A stretch of DNA of 64,000 nucleotides from an uncultured Bacilli bacterium. Lineage in GTDB: Bacteria; Bacillota_I; Bacilli_A; RF39; UBA660. Made by a program: the position numbers and the translations under genes. Under the pieces are notes generated by a model. That model had not been told where the DNA came from. It saw only the letters and a list, made by a program, of their open reading frames with translations, and ran no database searches. Below are positions 58,217 through 64,000 of the stretch, piece by piece (position 1 is the first letter of the stretch; the number at the start of each line of letters is the position of its first letter). The stretch lies in NCBI GenBank assembly GCA_944350445.1, contig CALVOW010000003.1, positions 13,199-77,198 on the forward strand, read 5' to 3'.

Positions 58217-59581
58217 TTAAAGGGAAATTTTCTCTTTACAATTATCTATTACTTTCCTACCGATTGAATTATAATAAATCGCATATTTAGAAATATTTTT
58301 TAAATCATAACAATTTCTTCCATCAAAAATATAAGGTTTAGCCATTAAACTTTCATATTTTTTCAAATCAAATTCTTTTATTTCTGGCCATTCGGTCATA
58401 ATTAAAACAGCTTGACAATCTTTAATAGTATCTTCTATTGTATTATAATAACTAATTTGTTCTTTATAATTAGTCATTGACACATCATTAAATAACGTGT
58501 GATTAAAATTAGAAACACCAATTGGATCATAGGCTTTAATAATGACTTTTTCTTTTAATAATAACTTAGCATTAACTAAAGCAGGAGCTTCTCGAACATC
58601 ATCAGTTCCTGGTTTAAAAGTAAGACCTAAAATAGCAATTTGAAAATTTTCTAAATTCTTAAATTTTTCTTTTAATTTTTTAAATAAAATTATTTTTTGA
58701 TTTTCATTTACTTCTATACAAGCACCAATTGTTTTAATTTCAGAGTTATATAATTTACTGCTAAAATATAAAGCCTTAGTATCTTTTGGAAAGCAAGATC
58801 CTCCATATCCAATACCAGAATTTAAAAATTTATTGCCAATTCTTGGATCGTAACTCATACCATTAGCCACTAAACTAATATCAGCACCTATTTTTTCTGC
58901 AAAATTAGCTAGTTCATTCATATAAGATATTTTTAAAGCTAGAAAGTCATTTGAAGCATATTTAACCATTTCCGCACTTTTCCTGTCCATTACTAATAAA
59001 GGTACATTATAAGGTTCTTTCGTTAATGGTTCATATAAAGTTGTCATAATTTTTTTAGCTTTTTCATCTTCAACACCAATTACAATTCTAGTTGCATACA
59101 AAGTATCATGAACAGCTGTTCCTTGAGCTAAAAATTCTGGATTACTAACAACCATTACTTTTATTCCTGATTTTATTTTATTATTTATATAAATTTCTAC
59201 TTCATCATTAGTTCCAATTGGAACAGTTGATTTAATAACTATAACAACATCTTTTTTTAAAGAATTAACAATTTGATCTAAAACCATATACAAATAATCT
59301 AAATTAGCTGAACCATCTTCTTTTTCTGGAGTTCCTACTCCAATAAAAATAACATCAGCATCTTGATAAGCTTCTTTATAGTTAGTTGTATAATTTAGTC
59401 TTTCTTTATTTATTTCCATTAAATTTTCTAAATCTTTTTCATAAATAGGACTAATACCTTGTTTCATTAAATTTATTTTTTCTAAATCAACATCAACACA
59501 AGTTACATTATGCCCAATATGAGCTAACGCTACCCCTGTAACTAGTCCAACATAACCAGTTCCTGCGACTGCAATTTTCAT
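58217..59581 (-). CDS. ugd: UDP-glucose 6-dehydrogenase
   Basis: MKIAVAGTGYVGLV Rossmann start, and GGSCFPKD catalytic Cys motif. Start moved to ATG behind SD GGAGG. Confidence 0.9.
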   Translation of the reverse strand: MKIAVAGTGYVGLVTGVALAHIGHNVTCVDVDLEKINLMKQGISPIYEKDLENLMEINKERLNYTTNYKEAYQDADVIFIGVGTPEKEDGSANLDYLYMVLDQIVNSLKKDVVIVIKSTVPIGTNDEVEIYINNKIKSGIKVMVVSNPEFLAQGTAVHDTLYATRIVIGVEDEKAKKIMTTLYEPLTKEPYNVPLLVMDRKSAEMVKYASNDFLALKISYMNELANFAEKIGADISLVANGMSYDPRIGNKFLNSGIGYGGSCFPKDTKALYFSSKLYNSEIKTIGACIEVNENQKIILFKKLKEKFKNLENFQIAILGLTFKPGTDDVREAPALVNAKLLLKEKVIIKAYDPIGVSNFNHTLFNDVSMTNYKEQISYYNTIEDTIKDCQAVLIMTEWPEIKEFDLKKYESLMAKPYIFDGRNCYDLKNISKYAIYYNSIGRKVIDNCKEKISL

Positions 59582-59643
59582 ATATAACCTCCACATTTAA
59601 ATGACAACTAAAATAATAACAAAGAAATTGTAAAAATTCAATG

Positions 59644-60606
59644 CTATTTGCTGTTTTTATACCAAATAATAAACTTTTCAATACCTTCTTCAAAAGAAAC
59701 TTTGGGACTATAACCTAATAATTTTTTAGCTTTACTAATATCTGCATAAGTTCTTTCAACATCCCCTGGTTGCATTGGTAACTTTTCAATTTGCGGTTTA
59801 ACATTAAGAACTTTACCAATTATATTTATCATAGAAAGAAGTGTAATTGGACTAGAATTTCCAAGATTTATAATTTCATAAACATTTTTATTTTCTTCTG
59901 TATATTGAATACTTTTTTCTATTCCAAAGACTATATCAGCAATGTAAGTATAATCACGACTAGTTGATCCATCGCCAAACATAGGAATTTTTTCGTTATT
60001 TAACATTAACTGCGTGAATTTATTAATAGCTAAATCAGGTCTTTGTCTTGGACCATAAACGGTAAAGAAACGAAGCATTATTACATTAAAATTAAATAAT
60101 TTATGATAAACATGCGTCATTACTTCATTAGCTTTTTTAGTAGCTGCATAGGGACTAATCGCAAAATCAACTATATCTGTTTCTTTAAAAGGAACCGTTT
60201 TATTATTTCCATAAACACTACTACTAGAAGCCATAACTAAATTTAAAACATTATATCTTTTCATAGTTTCTAATAAATTTTGTGTTCCCATGCAATTTAC
60301 TTCTTGATATAAAATTGGATCTTCAATACTTGGTCTAACTCCAGCCATAGCTGCTAGATGAATAACTGCATCAATTTTATTTTCAGAAAATATTTTATCT
60401 AAAAGTTCTAAATCTCGAATATCCCCTCGATATAGTTTATAATTTGGCTTTAAAAGAGCCTCTTTAATATTCTCTTCTTTTATTTTTGGATCATAAAAAT
60501 TACAAAAGTTATCAATTACTAAAACTTTGCAATTATTTTCTAATAGTTTATCTGCAAGGCTTGATCCAATAAAACCTGCTCCCCCAGTAATTAAATATGT
60601 TTTCAA
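59644..60606 (-). CDS. Possible independently translated epimerase (internal in-frame TTG start)
   Basis: AGAAAGGTGGA (SD) - 8 nt - TTG at 60606-60604, giving (M)KTYLITGGAGFIGS..., 320 aa. This is the signature of a formerly separate gene. Confidence 0.5.
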   Translation of the reverse strand: MKTYLITGGAGFIGSSLADKLLENNCKVLVIDNFCNFYDPKIKEENIKEALLKPNYKLYRGDIRDLELLDKIFSENKIDAVIHLAAMAGVRPSIEDPILYQEVNCMGTQNLLETMKRYNVLNLVMASSSSVYGNNKTVPFKETDIVDFAISPYAATKKANEVMTHVYHKLFNFNVIMLRFFTVYGPRQRPDLAINKFTQLMLNNEKIPMFGDGSTSRDYTYIADIVFGIEKSIQYTEENKNVYEIINLGNSSPITLLSMINIIGKVLNVKPQIEKLPMQPGDVERTYADISKAKKLLGYSPKVSFEEGIEKFIIWYKNSK

Positions 60607-62133
60607 ATTGTTTTCCACCTTTCTTTTTTTATTTTTTTTAATATTTCGTTTTAATATATTAATAAAATACATAAAATCTTTTTTGTATAATAGAAAATCT
60701 ATTCCTACAACAATCAAACTAGTACCTACAAAAACTCCTATTGCATATATAAACCATTCAACATATGAATCAATATTAGAAAAATCTATAAAACTAGAAA
60801 TTATCATAATAGTAATAATTTGAACTATTATAACTAGTATTTTTTTTAAACTAATCATTATACTTCTATTTAATACATATTTGTTTGTGTGATAAATAAA
60901 TTCAAACGTTCTAACTACCATAGCAATTAAAGTTCCAATCGCAACGCCAACTAAACCAAATTTGAGAACTAATAAAATTGAAATACAAATGTTTAAAATT
61001 GCTTCTATCCATGCTCCAATCATTGTTTCTTTAAAATGCCCTACTGCTAGTGTTAGCGAACTATAAGGTAATCTAATTGAATGAACAAATTCACTCAAAA
61101 CTAACAATAAAGCAAAAATTGGACGTACATAATTTATATCACTAACATTTTTAGAATAAATAGTAACAAATGGAACAATTAATATAATACAACAAGTAAA
61201 AACAATTGTCGATAACATATGAAAAAATAGTTCATATATATTAAAATTTTTATTTAAACTTTTTATTTCATTTTTTACATACATGTCTCCAAATGAAGCA
61301 TCTATTCCACCCGTAAATGATTGAATAATTCTTTTTATACCATTAACAACCATATAATAAACAGAATAAACCGAAACTAAAGAAATATCTCCAGAAAAAA
61401 AAGTTAAAACTACTACATCTGTGTTTGAATGAACTATTGCAGCAATATGCTGTGATAAACCAGCAAACTTCTGCTTAAATTTAATTTCCGTAGCATTTTT
61501 TAAATTAAAATTATATTTTTTTCTAACATAAATGCTTTGAACAATTGGTCTTAATACAAAAATTAAAGAACTTACTAATTTAACAATATGAATACTAAAA
61601 TTTAACTTAACTAATAATACTATCATTAAAGTGTTAAGAATTAAAAATATCAATTGAATATTAGACGTAACATAAGTTTTTTGATTAGCTTGCAAAAATA
61701 ATTTATATGTTATTCCAAAGAAATATTCAAAAAAAGTGCTGATTGAAATAATTAAAACCAATGAACATGTAAAAATAAAATCAAAGTTATCTATAACTAT
61801 CAATGGATAAACTATCGCTAATATAATAATATATATTATGAATATATATGATATTCGTCTAAAAAAAATTTGACTATATTTTAATAATCCTTCTATCTCA
61901 TTTTTATTTTTCTTAGCAAGGGGGGAATAAAGTACTGATTTCAATACCGGACCAAAACCTAAATCAAGAAGTGATATATATGATAGAAATTGAGTAATTG
62001 ATGTCATTAAACCATTAACATTAGAACCATATTTTTCAATTATTAGAATTGGAGTTATAAAACCACATATTAAAGTAGCTACTTGTGTTAATAATGAACT
62101 AATTATATTTTTAATTGCCTTTTTACTTCTCAT
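59644..62133 (-). CDS. Continuous 829-aa ORF: Wzx-type polysaccharide flippase (N, ~500 aa) fused in frame to an SDR NAD-dependent epimerase (C, 320 aa; UDP-glucuronate 4-epimerase-like)
   Basis: N-terminal part is polytopic (about 12-14 TM, flippase-like N-terminus KAIKNIISSLLTQV). C-terminal part has ITGGAGFIGS and the YAATK catalytic motif. No stop codon between them. Confidence 0.8.
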   Translation of the reverse strand: MRSKKAIKNIISSLLTQVATLICGFITPILIIEKYGSNVNGLMTSITQFLSYISLLDLGFGPVLKSVLYSPLAKKNKNEIEGLLKYSQIFFRRISYIFIIYIIILAIVYPLIVIDNFDFIFTCSLVLIISISTFFEYFFGITYKLFLQANQKTYVTSNIQLIFLILNTLMIVLLVKLNFSIHIVKLVSSLIFVLRPIVQSIYVRKKYNFNLKNATEIKFKQKFAGLSQHIAAIVHSNTDVVVLTFFSGDISLVSVYSVYYMVVNGIKRIIQSFTGGIDASFGDMYVKNEIKSLNKNFNIYELFFHMLSTIVFTCCIILIVPFVTIYSKNVSDINYVRPIFALLLVLSEFVHSIRLPYSSLTLAVGHFKETMIGAWIEAILNICISILLVLKFGLVGVAIGTLIAMVVRTFEFIYHTNKYVLNRSIMISLKKILVIIVQIITIMIISSFIDFSNIDSYVEWFIYAIGVFVGTSLIVVGIDFLLYKKDFMYFINILKRNIKKNKKRKVENNLKTYLITGGAGFIGSSLADKLLENNCKVLVIDNFCNFYDPKIKEENIKEALLKPNYKLYRGDIRDLELLDKIFSENKIDAVIHLAAMAGVRPSIEDPILYQEVNCMGTQNLLETMKRYNVLNLVMASSSSVYGNNKTVPFKETDIVDFAISPYAATKKANEVMTHVYHKLFNFNVIMLRFFTVYGPRQRPDLAINKFTQLMLNNEKIPMFGDGSTSRDYTYIADIVFGIEKSIQYTEENKNVYEIINLGNSSPITLLSMINIIGKVLNVKPQIEKLPMQPGDVERTYADISKAKKLLGYSPKVSFEEGIEKFIIWYKNSK

Positions 62134-62135
62134 AA

Positions 62136-63002
62136 CTATTCCTTTTCAAATGGCAATTTTAGCATTTCACCTAATTTTAAATCCCATTCAATTGGCTCAA
62201 ATGGAATAAAACCCGAACATGTAAAAAATGTTAATTCTCCAAAATAAAGTTTTTTGTTTACCTCATAAAAATCAACTCTTACATGAGGAATGTTTTTTGA
62301 AAGAATTTTTGAAAATTTAATCATTAAATCTAAATTAATAGGTTTTTGGGGAATAGTTTCAAATGCACTATAATCACTTCTCTTAAATGGCATCGGTTTA
62401 AAATTTAAATCAAAAAAACTTATTTTAGCAGTAGAATGATTTTCCAATCCTTCTGAAACGTAAATAAATTTAGGTTCCCCATTAAAGCAAAAAAATTTAT
62501 AATCTTTAATTGAATAACTTTCTTTATCTTCTAAATATTTTTCAACAATTATTTTTGGTTTTACATTTTTATAAGGCCATTCACGATTAGAGTAATAATA
62601 ATTTCTTCGCAAACTTTTTTCAATTTTTTCTCTTGCACAAGCAATATTTAATTTATTTTTATTTTTACAAATTACTATTCCACCAGAATCATGATTACAT
62701 TTTATTACAAATTTATTAGGTAATTTAGAAAAATCAATATCTGAAAAATTATCATATACTCCTAGAATTGGAACTAAAAATTCCTTTCCAATTTTTTTAT
62801 TAATATAGTCTCGAACCAAATATTTATCAACCATAATAGTGTAATTTGGATTATGATCATAAACTTTTAGCCATTGTAGTTTTTCATTAAAAGTTTTTGG
62901 ATTTTTCAAATTTAATTTCTTTTTCATTCTTTTTCGGTATTGTATTTTAACAAATAATTTATCGCTAACTCTAAAAAAATTTAAGACCTTACTTAAACTC
63001 AT
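62136..63002 (-). CDS. TupA-like ATP-grasp amidoligase family protein
   Basis: NPKTFNEKLQWLKVYDHNP ... DYKFFCFNGEPKFIYV pattern of the ATPgrasp_TupA family. Confidence 0.7.
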   Translation of the reverse strand: MSLSKVLNFFRVSDKLFVKIQYRKRMKKKLNLKNPKTFNEKLQWLKVYDHNPNYTIMVDKYLVRDYINKKIGKEFLVPILGVYDNFSDIDFSKLPNKFVIKCNHDSGGIVICKNKNKLNIACAREKIEKSLRRNYYYSNREWPYKNVKPKIIVEKYLEDKESYSIKDYKFFCFNGEPKFIYVSEGLENHSTAKISFFDLNFKPMPFKRSDYSAFETIPQKPINLDLMIKFSKILSKNIPHVRVDFYEVNKKLYFGELTFFTCSGFIPFEPIEWDLKLGEMLKLPFEKE

Positions 63003-63036
63003 ATCAATTCCTCCATTTATGTTTTGTTAATTTTTT

Positions 63037-64000
63037 TTATAAAAACGAAACATGATTAATTAATCTAACAATAAAGTAAACAATTAATATTATACTACAA
63101 AAAATATCAATTACAAAAAAATAATTTTTCTTATTTTTGTTTTCTAATATTATTAATTTGGGAATAAGAAAAGCAACAAGCATTAACATTCTTTCTAAAA
63201 TTATATCAGATAAAAAAATAGTGCCAATTCCTAATAATAATAAAGATTGAATATAGTAAATATTTTTTAAATTTAAATCATTTTCATTTTTTTTACATAT
63301 AATAACTTTTTGAGTTCTATATATTAGTAATAGAGCCAATATTATTTCTGTAACTAAAACAATAGGATTAAGTGTAAAAGTTGAACGATTAATATATAAA
63401 ATAATTTTTTCACCAATATATTGAAATATTGAAATTGGAATATTAATAAATAAAACACTAGCCAACCTTGCAAATAAAAAAGTAAATATTAATACAAATC
63501 TATAATTAGTGAATAATTTAAAATTGCATAGTAAATAAAAAAATACTAATACTAAAACACTACCATGACAAAATATAGAAATTAAAATTAAGAAATAAGC
63601 TAATTTCTTTTTGTTTATGTCAATTAAATAAAAAGATAAAGCAAGAAGCGAGTAAGCCAAAGCTGTTTTAATTCCAGTTGCTATGTAATAAAAATTACAT
63701 AAAGCAAAAAATAATATTAAAATATTAATTATATCAATTTTTTTTAAATTTTTATTATTTTTATAATACATCTTATTGAAAATAAAAAAATAAATACTAT
63801 AAGTAATTAAAGTGATAACCATTGGTAATAAATGATAATTATTAGTTTTAGAAATCATAAAAAATAAGGCTTTTATTATTACAAGATTATCAACAGATGT
63901 TTTTGCAGAAAAACCATCAAAACTAATTTGTTTAATAGTTTCAAAATGTGCATATAAATCCGTTGTTTTTCCGGGAATAATGCAATAAGCAATACCAGAA
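63037..64000 (-). CDS. EpsG-family polytopic membrane protein (putative polysaccharide polymerase), 5' end beyond the window
   Basis: Highly hydrophobic. The reading frame stays open upstream of the track's ATG all the way to position 64000 (…GKTTDLYAHFETIKQISFDGF…), so the gene is partial here. Confidence 0.5.
   Translation of the reverse strand, partial: SGIAYCIIPGKTTDLYAHFETIKQISFDGFSAKTSVDNLVIIKALFFMISKTNNYHLLPMVITLITYSIYFFIFNKMYYKNNKNLKKIDIINILILFFALCNFYYIATGIKTALAYSLLALSFYLIDINKKKLAYFLILISIFCHGSVLVLVFFYLLCNFKLFTNYRFVLIFTFLFARLASVLFINIPISIFQYIGEKIILYINRSTFTLNPIVLVTEIILALLLIYRTQKVIICKKNENDLNLKNIYYIQSLLLLGIGTIFLSDIILERMLMLVAFLIPKLIILENKNKKNYFFVIDIFCSIILIVYFIVRLINHVSFL

Noticed and set aside
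57074-60823. ORFs 57074-57259(+), 59508-59693(-) and 60527-60823(+)
   Set aside because: They are antisense or bridging ORFs over the DUF3048 gene, the ugd start and the flippase-epimerase junction. They are explained by the real genes.

Overview
Gene-dense, visibly AT-rich chromosomal window from a low-GC Bacillota organism. It uses the standard code, since TGA is a stop (recU, rbgA, the 421-aa ORF). Synteny is strongly Bacillus-like: recU-ponA, lspA-rluD, gpsB-rnpB, mltG-yrrM-yrrN-yrrO-greA and hrcA-grpE-dnaK-dnaJ. From about 5 kb onward almost every gene is on the minus strand. Housekeeping content: partial rny, recU, ponA, rbgA, lepB, rplS, murI, a T-box-controlled HD-hydrolase/serS pair, pgsA, RNase P RNA, four tRNAs (Lys, Ile, Asn, Glu), greA, ruvX, the heat-shock operon with CIRCE operators, rluB, and sigG with no spoIIGA/sigE upstream. 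Accessory content: (i) a compact type VII secretion (T7SSb-like) locus at about 40.8-51.8 kb. It has essC, a yukD/esaB-like gene, two WXG100-type genes and two parallel modules, each a signal-less protein followed by an overlapping helical partner gene. One of these proteins carries a papain-fold Cys-His-Asp domain. No EssA, EssB or EsaA is recognisable. This is my best candidate for something new. (ii) A four-gene polyamine-type cluster at 11.6-15.5 kb: homospermidine-synthase-like, unknown, glutathionylspermidine-synthase-like ATP-grasp and GNAT. (iii) An MBOAT/DHHW/DUF4358 trio. (iv) A cell-envelope glycopolymer locus at 54.3-64 kb containing an in-frame Wzx-flippase::UDP-glucuronate-epimerase ORF with an internal SD+TTG. 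I saw no CRISPR array, IS element or prophage. Every call comes from reading the translations and DNA motifs by eye; no searches were run.
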